From Vicugna vicugna (Eukaryota), in contig MU057521.1 in the NCBI GenBank assembly GCA_013265495.1, positions 1,934,335 to 1,998,334 of the forward strand: 64,000 bases of DNA, given 5' to 3'. Below, in pieces: positions 25,436-38,690 of this stretch (its first letter is position 1; the number at the start of each line of letters is the position of its first letter). The translations under genes were made by a program, and so were the position numbers. The notes under the pieces are model-generated. The model ran no database searches. It saw only the letters and a list, made by a program, of their open reading frames with translations, and had not been told where the DNA came from.

Positions 25436-26579
25436 GATTGCACACTCAAGTGGCCCACAGAAAATGCTCTGCTGGACGCACCAAGGAGGCTGACATGCAA
25501 AGACATGGTCCCGACTCATCTTATTTACCGTGTCATTGCTTGGTTGCATTTCCAAACTCCCATCATGTGTTCCATTGACTCAGCATCAAATTCCTCTCTC
25601 TTGAAACGTCTGCCTCTCTTTGATATTTAGAGAGTCTCAGTCAGGTGAGGCCCCTCCTATCCACTCAGGCTGGGCCCGAGCACCCTTCCACTCACCTGCT
25701 CTTCACAGTGCTTCTGCAGCCTGGTTTTCGTGGTACCCAGCACCAGCAGGAGCTCTCTCAACAAGGATGCCCTTGGCCTGAGCTGCCCTGTTTTTGCAGA
25801 CTCCAGAACTCCTGATCCACACAGCTCGCCCTGCTCCCCGATGTGGAGCCTTCCTCCTCTCTCCTGCCCCAAGAACAAGCATCCTGGCCTGCAGCCTGCA
25901 GCCCGGGGACGAGAGACTTGTTTTAAAATCTGTGCGTGTCGAACCTGTCATCATCCAGACTCAGACAAACAGGCTGCCCTTGGGCAGAACAGCTCTGCTC
26001 GTCAATCAAGCTTCAGGGAAGTGGGTGGTTTGTACGTGGGGCCCACTTTGCCATGACCAAGTCCCTGTGAAAATGTCTGAATGTGAATGAAAAAACAAAA
26101 CAAAAGGATGCAACAGTCTACTTTTCAGGTCTGCTGCAGGAGGGCCAAGACAAGGTTTTGTTTAACAATAACTCCCTCCTCTTTCCTGAAGGCTGAAAGC
26201 AAGTACATGGGGTTAAAAAGAATTCTTCTTTCAAGATTTCCTAGTGACTCAGATCAGGAAGCAGAGCTCTCCACGATGTCACACGCAAAAGAAGAGAAAA
26301 CTTCAGGGATGTTTCCCGAGTTGTCAGAATTTAGAAATGAACTCCTTCTAATTTTTTAAAAAAGAGCCTTCTTTTCAGAAGATACCTCATGTCACTGTGA
26401 TTTATTAATGCGGCAATTAGTAAGTGAAGCAAATTAATGTCTTGTGAGGCTAAGACATGATCCAAGTCTCTACAAAACGGATGCAGTCAATGAGAAGAGG
26501 TCAAGTTTGTTGTTACAGGGCTGGATACATATCCTGGCTATAACCTGCCACTGGGGCAAGTCATGTAACTTCTAAGTCT

Positions 26580-26703
26580 TAAAAAAGAATATATAAATAT
26601 GAAAACGAATATATGTATGTATCTGCATGACTGGGACATTGTGCTGTACACCTGAGATCAACACGTTGTAATTGACTGTACTTCAATAAAAAGAAAAGAA
26701 AAA
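26580..26703 (+). mobile_element. Short young L1 3' tail inserted into a MIR (MIR halves ~26520-26580 and ~26745-26850)
   Basis: gtgctgtacacctgagatcaacacgttgtaattgactgtacttcaataaaaag; MIR text on both sides (ggggcaagtcatgtaacttc; actgtgagaattcagtgagac). Confidence 0.8.
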
Positions 26704-27256
26704 TATATATGTATGTTATGCATACATACACATTTTACGTATATAATGGGGCCAATTATACCTTCAACTCATAAAACTGTGAGAATTCAGTGAGACATTA
26801 TAAGCAAACTGTTTCTATACTGTAAACATAATAGAAATGTAAAGCACTGTTATAATAGGCATATTTTTTCAAATACATGTTACTTTACTCAAAATTATTT
26901 GCTTTCCAGTCTAGCTTTCATCCTTTTTGTCCCTTTAGGAATGAGTTTCTAATTAATTCAGCTGAGGTGCATTTTCCATCTAAACTCTTCACATTTTCAA
27001 AGCTCCTGCCCAAGTGACAGAAGAACACAAGCTTAAAATAACCAGAGAAATAGCGCCACAAAAACAGAACAGATAGACGTTTTAAAAAGCATTTACCCTT
27101 TGTCCCAGGAACACTTTCCGGTAATGTGTCCTGCTTACATATGAACTGACTGATGAACAAGATTATCTCCTGGAGCATTATTTGTAATACCAAACAACTG
27201 GAAATAACCATGTGTCCATCAGTGGGGGGTGGTTAATTAAATATGTGGAGTAGATA

Positions 27257-27721
27257 GTTACAGAATCGTCTCCAACAACTCCCTTCTCCCAGCGTTCCCT
27301 CCCTTGGGTGGAGCTTTCCCATATTGCCACTGGGCTGGGCCCTGGGACCTGCCTGAGTGATGGAACATTAGCCAATGTGGCTTAATAAGCCCTTTTACAC
27401 CGAGGCTTAATCCTTCTCTGCTTTTGGAATCTAGTCACCCTGCGAAGAAGCCTGGGCTAGTCTCCTGGGGACACCTACTCCAGCTGGTGGTGGAATTTAC
27501 CCCCAATACGCAAGCGAATCCATCTTCAACCATGGAGCCCCAGCCAAGCGGCCAGATGACCTCACCCACATGAGTAAATCCACAAAAAACAGAAGAAAAA
27601 AAACTGCTCGGCTGAACACAGCCCAAACAGCCCACCTGCAGAACTGTAAATGAATAAAATCATTGCTTTAAGCCACTAAGTTATAAAATAGTTCATCATG
27701 CAGCAATAGATAATGAATCCA
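27257..27721 (+). mobile_element. MaLR solo LTR (MLT1-type) nested in an old L1M 3' fragment (~27170-27256 and ~27722-28080)
   Basis: MLT1-type 3' end aataaaatcattgctttaagccactaagtt...tgcagcaatagataa and internal aagaagcctgggctag, gctgaacacagcccaaa. L1M text aaacaactggaaataaccatgtgtccatcag on the left. Confidence 0.8.
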
Positions 27722-28234
27722 CCAAGATATCACCGAGACAATGAAGGGTGTAGTCTACCCATGAAGAAAGGAAAAGGACGTACTGACACACTAAGGTCTC
27801 CAAGACACACTAATAAATGAACAGGCCAAGAGAACAGGGCTGCTTTTTGTGTAGGAAAAAGGGAAAATGTATACATATACATATATACAATTTTTTGTTT
27901 GAAGAGACACTGGATATACTCAAGAAATTAACATACATAGTTACCTGTGTCAGTGGAGTAAGGGGTGGTGAATTCAGTTGATGGGGACAGGGTGAGAGTG
28001 AAACTCCTCAATAAAAATGTTTCTAAATTGTTTCAGTACACGTACCATGTGAATCTACTTCCGATTCAGGAAATAATCTTTTTTTTTTTTAAGTGAACAA
28101 CAAGACTAATCCAAGATAGAAATGACAAAGACTGAAAAAGTGGTATACCATGATGTCATCCTTCACAACAGCCTTCCTTTGAACCAGAATAATCCTCTCT
28201 TTGTACTACATAAAATGATTTGCAAAAGCAGTTT

Positions 28235-28370
28235 CTCTTCCCTGTTAGATTGTAAGTGCCTTGAAAGCAGGGATCGTGTCTCATGCATTTTTGTTTCTTC
28301 TGCAGCTGGCTGGCTCTGTGCAGGGCACAGAGCGAGTGCTCCAAACATGGTTTTTGAGTCAATGAAACAA
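28235..28370 (+). mobile_element. L2 3' end
   Basis: ttagattgtaagtgccttgaaagcagggatcgtgtct...gggcacagag. Confidence 0.75.
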
Positions 28371-31300
28371 ATCACATTCAGACATCACTAAAGGTCTCCC
28401 TTGCTCACGGCAGGGAGCTCTCTAACATCTTCACCAGGGAGATGGTGAGTATCTGATGATCTGGGGCTGGCTTCTGTCATCAATGTGCTCTGAACTACTG
28501 GGCAGGGTACCCACAAAAGCTAAATTTGAATGCCACGAAAGGGAAAAAAGCAAAACAAGCTCCCCCATTTAGAAAGAAAACAACAACACCCATAGAGGAA
28601 GTCTAGAAAAAGAAAGATCTTGTATTATTTCTCATCAGTAACAAATTTCACTTCTGTGGTTGAGTAAGCAGCAGCCTGCAGCCAACTAACCCCGCAAAGC
28701 AAGCCCAGCGATCCAGATAAGCGGGCTGTGGGAATGCGGAGCCAGAAGGTTCTCTCTCCCATCCTCAGGCCTCCGGAGAAGTCGGCGCTTAGGCCACTGT
28801 GAAGAGTTTGTGTGTGACAACTCTAGCATTTCCAGGAAAGAGGAGGCCACAGCATTCTCCGTAACCCCGTTTTGGGGTTTGACAGTTCTCACTGGAAATC
28901 ATCCCCTGCTTTGAACCTGAATCTTCCTCCTATGCCTTCCCTCTGTCTGCTTTGCTGTCTCCGTGTCTGACCCTGTGAAAGCTTAACCTCTTGGAGGAGG
29001 AGGTCTGGGTCCCCTCCATGGCTGTGTCCACACCTCCCTCTCCAGATGTGCTCGGTCAGTGTGCAGGGCCGTTCCAACCCCCGTGCGTCCCGGACCAAGC
29101 CATCCAACACCGTCACGCGGTGGCCTTGGCGCTCTGTCTGCGCTCCACTAACACAACACAAGATAAGAGCCACAGACAATACAAGGCAGACAGTCCAGTG
29201 CTGAGAATTCAAGGACGTGTCTAACTGGCGTGTATGCAGCTGTCTCAGGAGAGCCAGGGTGCCAAGTCCTCCCCCTACAGGTTCCCACCGTCTGTCTCTC
29301 CGTATCAGATAATTCCAGTTCCTGAGTACCCCTCCCCCTCCCCCGCTGGAATGATTTCATTTCCAACGTGTGGCCCCATTGCATTGTTCTCTGCAACGCT
29401 GCACATCCCCCACAGCTATGACAGCGGGGACTCTGTCACGGCGAGGATCACCCCTTGGAGGTTGTGTGAGGTAAAGCAAGTCGGAAAGCCGAGGTTGACA
29501 AGCTAAAATGCAGTGTAAGACATCATCTCGGCCACTCAACAGGAGGGACATTGACAAGGTGGCATTTAAAGGAGGGACTGTTGGCTGGGATGCGCGGAGC
29601 TCTCTGGCGGGTCATCAGGACGAGGTGGAGCGGAGGCGGCGGGTCCGGCAAAGCAGGGAAGGACCCACAAGCAGGTCGGAGGAAGCCTGCACGCTGACTC
29701 GGGGCACTGAAGACAAGGGGGAGGACGGCGTAGGATGCTCTCCAGATTTCAGGTCTGGAGAAAAAGGACCCTCGTGCCACTGCTGCCAGAGGCAGAGAGT
29801 GCTCCTGGGGAGCTGGCTGTCCTGAGGACACACTGAATTTTGGAGAAAACAAGAGGAGATTTAATACTCAACTTCAGATGAGAAAGTAGGACTGGGGATA
29901 TAGTTTTACGATGGAAGCCATGAGAACAAAAGCCTTTATGAGGGAGTGAGGGCACAGGGAAGGAGAGGGGACAGGCTGGGGGACCACTCCAGGTGCTCAG
30001 CGTTCGGATGGAGGAAGCAGGGACGAAGGCGCGGGAGCAGCCCGGAGGCAGGAGCCAGTCTCATCCATCTTTGTAGAGATGGGTGGCTCGGGCCCCCAGT
30101 AGGTGCTACCTCAAGGCTTCATAATCGTTTGTAGAGAAAAATGCGGCAGTCAGAGAAGAGGGTAGAAAACCAGCCACAGAGCCCTGTGCCAAGTCAAAGA
30201 AGAAGAACTCAAAGGCGGTCAAAGGCGAATGCCTTCCTGAAGACCCGACGCTACGCCAGAGGTTGCAGACTGCCTGGTCCCCCAGAGCGCTGGGCGGTGA
30301 GCCTGTCACCAGCAGGTCCTGCCTCCAAGGTAGAGTTTGCAGAGACCCCCAGGTGGCATTGCCTTACTCAGCACTGAAAAAAAAAAAATCCCTGGGATTT
30401 ATAATATTTTCAACTTAATTTCTGTGCTGTTTTACTTTTGACTATGAGACCTGGAAACTTTGAATAAAAGTCTGAAAGGAAACTTGGGATGTTTAGGCTT
30501 GCATGGACCCCACTGACACTGGTTACTCAAACCTCAACTCTGGATAAAGGAGAAACTGGCATGGGAATTACCTTTAAAGGAAAAAAACAAAGACTACTGT
30601 TCCGAGACACTGGCCCCGGATTCCACATCTGAGGCCAGGTACTCGATTAGAAGGACCCTTAAGAACTGAAGACCTAGGTGAGTATTCCCCACCTGCTGCT
30701 GCGCCTGCCCCTTCTGCTCTGCTGAGAGGTTTCAACCAACCAATTCTGTTTTCTTTGTGCAAGCTGAGGGGCCACCTGTTGCGGAAGATACGTGTTGAAC
30801 AAAGTGAACTTTTCTGACGGCTGTGTTTCCATGCGATTTTTTTTTAAATACAACGCCCTCGCTTTCACCTTAAGCAGGTTTAAGAAATGCTGACTCTGGA
30901 GAACAGGTATAAACAAGGCAATCTTTTGTTTATGGAGATTGTTAATGACCCATTTGCAGAAGGACCTTCCTGTCCCCAACGCTGGGGAATTAATCCATCT
31001 GCACTTTTTTGCTCGTTACGAGCTGAAGTGGAGAAAAAAGGTTTTACAAGGGGACATGGTATATTTGTGCTGAAAACAGGCATTGCACAAATCCAGAGAC
31101 GGGGGCTGAAAAGAAACACCAGGTGCAGGGAACAGCGTGAGAGCAAAGCAAGAGGCAGGAAGATGCGCCACGGTTGGGGGACGCCATGTCGGGATGGGGA
31201 GGGTGCAGGGAGCAGTACCGGGTTGAGGACCTGCAGCCCCCAGGCTGGGGGAGAGCCTTCACGATCCAGCTAAGGAGGGCCGGCCTCTTCCGGAGAACTG

Positions 31301-31645
31301 GGCACCAGAGGAAGTTTGGAGCCAGGGAATGTAAGGGTCTCAGAGGGGCCGTGGCAGCACCCAGGAGAGGCAGGGGAGCAAGCCCGCAGACAGGCAGCCC
31401 CCTGTGGCCGAGCGCGGCCCCCCACCCCAGCCTGCACGGAATGCGGCAGGCATGCCCAGTGGAGCCCCCACCGCTGGATCACCCGATCCCACAAGCCCCT
31501 GCTCTGACTGGTGGCCCTCAGGGATGCTCCGCATCTCCCAGAATTAGGGTCAGTTCACAGCCCGTGCTCAGCAGTCCTCCAAAGGCCTGTTTTCTCTTCC
31601 CCAGTGCATCGTCACCCCGGTAAAAGGCTGTAGGTCCCTTTGGGG

Positions 31646-31703
31646 AAAACTGACACATTGTAACTGACTGTGCTTCAGTTAAAAAAGTAAAGTAAAATTA
31701 AAA
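31646..31703 (+). mobile_element. Very short young L1 3' tail
   Basis: aaaactgacacattgtaactgactgtgcttcagttaaaaaa matches the terminus of the other L1 tails in this window. Confidence 0.7.
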
Positions 31704-33084
31704 GAGGAGTGCATGTAAAAATTAGCATCGAGTCTTCATTATCTTAACAGCTTCAAACTTCATTCCCATGTTATACCTTCCAAGTTTGTTTGGTTAAAAC
31801 TTCCTGAATTCATAACATTCTCATCAGCAAGGAGTTTCTAGCCAGAATTCCATGAGCAAATATATTCACTTAAATGCTCTTTTGTGAATGAGATGCAAAG
31901 AAACTGAACTTCTAACTAATGAAAGATACTGGATGCAAAGATAATACGTTATCTGGGTTTCAGCTCAGTCATATGTCTCACAGCGAGCTTATCTTATCCT
32001 TAAGCTGCTGCTTTCTTCGGTTCATTTTTTTCCCCCTGCCATTCATACGGCGGGGTGCGTTTTTATTTCTTGCTATTCACTTCTGCCAGTCTCTGCTGAA
32101 TAAATCCGGCTGCTTTGGGCTGAGCCCGACTTACAAGACTGGGCCCCTCCCGTCACTCCCTGTAACCCACACGCTCGGTCCTCACTCGTGATCTGATTGT
32201 TCTCTGACCCAGTTCCGACTCCCCGGCCCTTCTCTCTGCTTCTTCCCCCCTCACCTCAAATATCAAGTCTTCCACTCAAACGCTGCCCTGTCCTGTGTCC
32301 CCGTCCAGTCCGCCCTCCATCTCCTCTCAGCCTTCCCGAGCCTCAGAAAATTGCCTCTTGACAGTGGCTGGTCCTGTTTTCTCTCAATCCAAACCTTCCT
32401 CTTCGCCTGGCTTTCTGAGCCCACGTAGCATCGTTTATTTCCAGCTTTGAGCATCTATATTTTGTAAGTGGTCACCTTAATCCTTTACTAAAATTCCCTT
32501 TGGCAGGACACTGTAGTTTTGGCAACCCCTTACTTTCCACATTTTGCTTCAGGGAGGGTGGCCTCACGGTAGTCCTTCAACACACAGTGAAATGGGCACT
32601 TGACAACAACAGATATTGCCGATAACTATGGGTTTTTCCTCCTGAATATGAAATATCATGGCATTCGGCATCGCTCTAACTTGGCTACAATCCCTGTCTC
32701 TCCCTGGCTAACAACACACTTGCCCACACAGCAGGGCCACTCTGCAAAGGCCCTTCTACAGAAGCACCAGCGGGAATCTCTTCGATCATGAAAATCAGGG
32801 TCCACACCATCTATGAGTTTCCTGGTGCTTGCACAGGTTTTATCAGAATGCAGTCAGGTTTTATCAGAAATGTAATCAGTTTGCTCCGGGTAGGGGGAGG
32901 GCAGGCGAGGGGGACTTACATGACTCTGATGGTAAAACACCTCATTTCTAGTGGTTCTTGATGGTCATGGGAACTTCTAAGTGGCCTTTAAAATACTGCA
33001 TTTAATAGTTTAGAAAATTCTGAGTTTCTCTAAAGGAAAGGAGGAAAGGAAGGAAGTCATGATGCTTTTAATGGCCACGTGAAG

Positions 33085-33200
33085 TAGGGTGTCCCATTTG
33101 AGAGATGAGAAAACCAAGACTAGAGAGTGAGTCTCACAGTGACACGAAGCCACAAGCCACAGCTGGGACCCAGGTACCTTAGGTCTGAACTCCAAGCTTT
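33085..33200 (-). mobile_element. MIR SINE
   Basis: cccatttgagagatgagaaaaccaagac...gctgggacccaggt. Confidence 0.55.
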
Positions 33201-33319
33201 ATCAGAGGTCACCACCTTCACAAGAAGGATGAAAAAGTGTGGAAAGGAATTGCAGGAAGAGGAAGTGAGAGAGAAAGAACACATAGAAAGTTCAAACTTG
33301 TTAAGATACATGTTCCCTC

Positions 33320-33458
33320 ATTTATTTGTTGCCCTTTTTAGGGGGAAGGGGTAATTAGGCTTTTTTATTCATTGATTTTGATGGCAGTACTGGGACTGAA
33401 CCCAGGGCCTCGTGCACGCTAAGCATGTGCTCTATCACCAAGCTAAACCCCAGCCCCT
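33320..33458 (-). mobile_element. tRNA-derived camelid-type SINE
   Basis: gggactgaacccagggcctcgtgcacgctaagcatgtgctct plus ggggtaattagg tail (reverse complement of cctaattac in the 19878 copy); degenerate flanking repeat tacatgttccctc / tacacgttgctc. Confidence 0.85.
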
Positions 33459-35119
33459 CTACACGTTGCTCTTGGTTAGGACTAAGTGACCTGAAAAGCA
33501 CATAAACAGATTCACGCTGATTGTATATGTTACTTTCCCTCCCCAGACTGTAAAGGTTGGTTTCAGATTCTCAAATAAAAATGTAAGTCAAAACAGCAAG
33601 ACAGGCAAGTCTCTTTTTCTTGCAGCAGGTCATGGTGACTTGGGTGCTTTTCTTGGCAAATATTCAAATGTCGCACGCCAGTATCACATGCTTGGTACTA
33701 TTTCAGGCAATGTGATCTGTGTTAAAGTCACCTGAATTGGGTGATTGTTTGATCTCAGTGTCACCAACAGGCCCTCACCAACAGACACCCCCCCTCCCCC
33801 ACTGCTGACACACTCACAAGACTATAGTTTAGGAGACTAGCATTTTCTTAGAAATGGGGGAAAAAAAAAGCAGTTCTCAGTAAAAGATAAACCACAGAGC
33901 TACTGGGTTCAGTCAGGGTGTACATATTAAACCACACACACACTGTCACACACATACACATGATCAGAATAATGTTTAGGCTCTGTCTAACCCACATAGA
34001 TGAGTAAATTCAGAATTAAGGAGCTAAGACCAGAGTCCTACTCATGACTTCCCTGACATCGGGAATTCAGCAGAAGAAAGACGAGACTAGATTCTAGATT
34101 ATCTCATTTGCTCTCCTTGTGGCTCTAATCACCCATAATAACCCAGGGGTTCTTTTCTTGGGGGGACACCAAGGGCCAACACTCTTTTGCAGAGCAGGCT
34201 GCTCAGAGCTCTCTCAGAGACAGACTTTATCTCTGCCTCTACGTATAGGGAAGCCTCAGGCTCTCACGGACTCCAAGTACCCAAATGATGTCACGTAAAA
34301 AATGAAAGGGGCAGGGCAGGAGAAGCCTCTCTGTTGTTTTTGTGGTGGATTATGAGTGATTTTTTTTTCCTTTTTTTTTTGCTTTTCTCTATTTTCCAGA
34401 TTTTCAGAAGCCCTTCTGTCAGGTGGAGGGCTTATCCACAGGAAAACCAGGGAAGAAAGCAGCTAAGACAGGCCCGTGATCTTGAGGTTGTGTCCAAAAT
34501 GATGCGGAGGGTGGGCCTGCTGGGCCCAAAGTGCCGCCTCAGTGGCAGGCATTGCTGCAAACGCCAAGCCCCTTTGAGGGAACGCTGAGAAATACGGGAG
34601 GAACGGAAGGGAAAAGGAGAAGGAAAACAGGAACGGCAGAAGCGGTGGCGGCTCTTGGCAGCCAGGATGAGGAGAGGAAGCACCAGACAGTGCAGACTTG
34701 GAGGAAGACAGGCGGCAAGCAGAAAGAGAATCGAGCCGAGCTGCCATTTTGCAGGCGGTGGGGAGGGGAGGTGGACATCCCAGCTCAGGAGGTGGGCTGT
34801 AGGATCCAAAACTGTAAAGAAGAAACATACAATCAAGAGGGAAATTTCTAGCCACCATGCTAACCAAATGATATCAGGTTAAAAAAAAAATCATCCTAAG
34901 AACAAAATAAAACTTCAGGCCATAATGTTCATTTTTATCAGAATGTCTTCCCCAGAACCCAACTCTAGTAAATCACGATCCCCATTTAATGAATTATCTT
35001 ATATATATTACTGTGATGGTCTTATTATGGCCACATATTTGTCTTTAAGTTTGGGATTCCACGGGGACCCCCATCCTCCCCTGAAATGTAGAGGCATTGC
35101 CCCTTGGTGGTACAATGTT

Positions 35120-36180
35120 ACAGCCACATGGAAGGACATAAAAAAAGGTACTTTCATATGCTGTTGCTGGAAATGGAAACTGCTGTGCCATGTAGGAAGC
35201 AATCTGGAAATATCCATCCAAATTTAAAAACACCATGATTGATCAAGCCATCTCATGCCCATATGACCACATGGATGTTAACTACAGCATTGTTTGTAGC
35301 AGAATCTTTCAATAGGTTGTGCTACAATACCAAAGGATAGTACGCAGTCATGAAAAAGGAAGAATGGAGGAATTTCAGCACTGTATCATTGTGACATGAG
35401 AAAAAAGCAAGATGTAGAGAGGGGCATATGATAAGATCCGATTTTTATGAAGCAATAACAGAAATCATGTGTGTGTGTGTGATTCTGTATATATCTAAAT
35501 GTTTGATATAATTATATGAGTGAAGCACAGAAGGATACACACAAGGTTGACAGCGCTGGCAACGTGGGGGAGAGGGATTAAGATGGAGGGAAGGAAGGGA
35601 GTGGCAGGAAAGAAATAAGTAAAAATGAAAGAAATTATCAACCATAAAACCACATGGATGCTGTGATCTCACTTATAGGAAATCGTGTGTGTGTGCTTAG
35701 GCACACATCTATGCACAGATGATGATGAGATAGTCTACAGAATGTCAGTGGCTTTTATTTCAGGGTGTTGAGCTATTTTTCAATAAAATTTTTACTCTAC
35801 TCCTTATGTATTTTTTCAAAAATATATACAACCACATGGATTGTTTATATAATCAAAACAAGTTTACTGAGGGGGAACCATGAAAAGTCCCATGCAAGGC
35901 AATACAGATCCCCAGAGAGGAAGCAACTAGAGGGAGAAGGTTGTGACGTCAGGCTGGGACTGGCCTGGGAAGGCTCTCGGTGCAGGAAAGACAGGACAAC
36001 TAATAGGATGTATTCCAACACATTCACAACAGGCGGTTGTCTTGGTTGTGGATTATGAGTGATTTTTTTTTTCTTCTTTTCTGCTTTTCTCTATTTTCCA
36101 GATTTTCTACAAAAATCATACCTTGCTTTTGTAATCAGAAAATATATTATATAAAATATATATAAAAAATATTATTTTAA
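35120..36180 (+). mobile_element. Cluster of old L1M (L1ME/MC-like) 3' fragments
   Basis: tttcatatgctgttgctggaaatggaaactg, cagcattgtttgtagcag, gtggattatgagtgattttt...ttttccagattttctac. Confidence 0.65.
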
Positions 36181-36869
36181 AAATTATGCTATGAAGGGAG
36201 AGAGGGAATCATCAAAGTGATGTTTTAGGATATTATGCAGTGGCCCCCAGAGACTGAGATTAAAACCCACTTATGAAGTAGCAGTATCAGCGAGTTTTGA
36301 CAATGGCCCCAAATTAAGAGGAAATAGGAAATGGTGGAAATGGAAAGGAACATAGTGGGGCTCTGATGTTTTCTAGTAAAGGGATGCATAAGTGAAACAT
36401 TGACGGAGAGGAATGACTAACCCTCGGTGGCCCTTTGTACAGTTGATATGGATGCCTGCAAAAACGCAGCCAAATGTCAGTCGGTTGATTTAATCCAAAA
36501 TTACAGAGAATTCTAATTGTTCCAGAGACCAGTCTATTGTTAGTAACACGTCTCTAAATGCAGCCACATCTTGGAAGCCATATCAGGCAAAGATACAACA
36601 CCCAAGGGAAAAGACCAGAGTCGTAGAAACCATAGAAGATGAAAAGAAATTATGTGATAAGATGATATAAAAAAACTTTCCTCTATACAAAAAAGACATA
36701 CATCATCGACAAGCATTGTATCCACTGGAATTGTGTAAGTCAAATAAAAATATTCCCAGGTAACTTCTGGATTGCATTCATTTTATACTGCAGCCAACTT
36801 AAGTTTCTGACCAGTGTTAGGAGAAATTAATTTTAAAGTTTTTAGTCAGTTGTGGTTTGCCTTTTTCTA

Positions 36870-36992
36870 AAAGCTGGCACATTCTGAGAACTCCCGTTCA
36901 TTAGAAGTATTCAGGAAGAGGATGGGTGGCACCGTGTTGAAGGAGGTGGTTGCAGAAGGCTTCCAAAGAACTTCCCGGCTTCAAGATTCTCC
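36870..36992 (+). mobile_element. Possible CR1/L3 3' end fossil
   Basis: cattagaagtattcaggaagaggatgg...cttcccggcttcaagattct resembles the L3 terminus as I recall it. Confidence 0.4.
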
Positions 36993-38199
36993 GACTCAAG
37001 AGGAGGCATCATGCCAACTGCCAGATTTTACGCCTTCTCTTTCTCAGATTCTCCAACTGGGGCAGTTTACTAAATGAGCCATGTTTATGTTTGCTGGCAT
37101 TCCTGAAGCAGATGTAACATAACTGAAGGCAAACAACTTGAGTAACGCCAATTCATGCATTGCCATCTAAACACCATGTAATCATGAAACTAAAATGTTT
37201 ACCTAATAATCAAAGTCTGGGGCAAAGAAACCAAAAGGCATTTTGTAAGACAAAGTACTGGCCAGTACTTCCAATTAGAGGATTTATTGAGAGTTATCCT
37301 GAAATGGCTCATCGGGAAAAGTCAGTGTGACTTGGTTTCTAGTCATACAAAGGATTGCCTTGCTATTATTCCAAATGGTCAGAAAAAAACTGGGGAGGAA
37401 TTAGGCTGGTTCTCACAGAGAAACAGGATTCTCCTGATAGAGTTTCAGGGTAGGCTCGTCAGAAGGCTGGCAACAGCCTATCCTGCCCCAGATGACCCCC
37501 CCACCCATTGCTCACCCATGACACTTCCCCACGTGCGGGAACTACCTCGATGTTAATCAGCATCCTTCCCATTCTCCACATGGGCGGTGCCTTCCCTTCC
37601 ACCTTCCTGACCTCCCGGCTGCCACTCCCTCTGTTCAATGTGGCCTCTTCACACCCCACGTCCCTCGCTTTCTCCAAGTCTGGCTCAAAGCCCATCTGTC
37701 CGACACCGACCAATTCTGGTCTTTCATTGTTTCTGACTCCTCTCCTGGTTTGCACACCAATTAATGTAAAATAATTGGCAAGTTCTTGATAGGAATAGCC
37801 CTAGTGCACAGTTCCCGTAGGATCTCCTAAAACCCTAAATATCTCTCCCTGCTGTGGCACGGTTCAGAGAGAGGAAGAGCTCCTCCCTCTCTTTCTTTCG
37901 TACCCTCCTTCCCTCCTTCTTTCCATGTAGTGTTTATTGAACACCTACTTTATGCAAAGCACCTTTGAGGATTTCTCATATACTCTTTCATAGAATCTCC
38001 TCACCCACCTCCTCAGAAATCCAAAGGTCTCCAGCAGCCCCCTTCTGCTCTTCTCCAGCTTTGCCCCATCCCGTCACAGCACCGCCCTCTCCTCCGTCCC
38101 TTGGTGTTGTGTGTGGTTCTTCTCTCCTCAGCCCTACCTCCAGCCAGCTGCCAGCTCTGTATCACATCTGGCTCTTGCCTTCCTATTCCCCTGCCTTTG

Positions 38200-38690
38200 T
38201 GTCTCTTCTAAACACCAAAGCCTCTTCATTACTGGTCTCCCTGCAACCAGGTTATCATTCTAATGCATGAGTTGGTTGACATCACTGCATGAATCCGGAA
38301 CTTCACGTGATTCCTGTTGTCTACGTAACGTAATTCAAGTTCCCTGGTTTGACATTAAAGGACATCACACCTACTAAAGCTTATCTTCCAGACACACAGG
38401 ACGTCTTCTGATTCCCCAAACATGTCAAGCAATTGCACCCTTACAGGTTTTTGTTTGTGCCCTTCCCACTGACATGGCCTTCGCCCACCTCTGTCCGAGA
38501 GAAAAATCCTACTTTTCGAACCTAGTTCACGTGCTGCCTAACTCCCCCAGGTCACAACTGATCTTCCTCCCAAACCTTCTTAGACTTCGTTGTTTGCATC
38601 TCTGAAGCTGCCTCTGGATCATAAAATCCTGGAGGGAAGAGATTATATCTGTCTTCGCATCCCAGCACCGCGCCCAGCCACTGCAGTACT
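38200..38690 (+). mobile_element. L2 fragment
   Basis: actggtctccctgcaaccag, ttgtttgtgccctt, ctggatcataaaatcctggagggaagagattatatct...catcccagcacc. Confidence 0.6.

Noticed and set aside
30346..30360. CTCF-like core ccccaggtggca
   Set aside because: Imperfect match; similar partial cores occur several times, as expected by chance.
30693..30895. Minus-strand open exon candidate (SQHFLNLLKVKARAL...) spliced to 25696-25863 as a coding gene
   Set aside because: Weak donor (gtgggg); its 203-nt length gives a phase incompatible with the next candidate; no recognisable protein.
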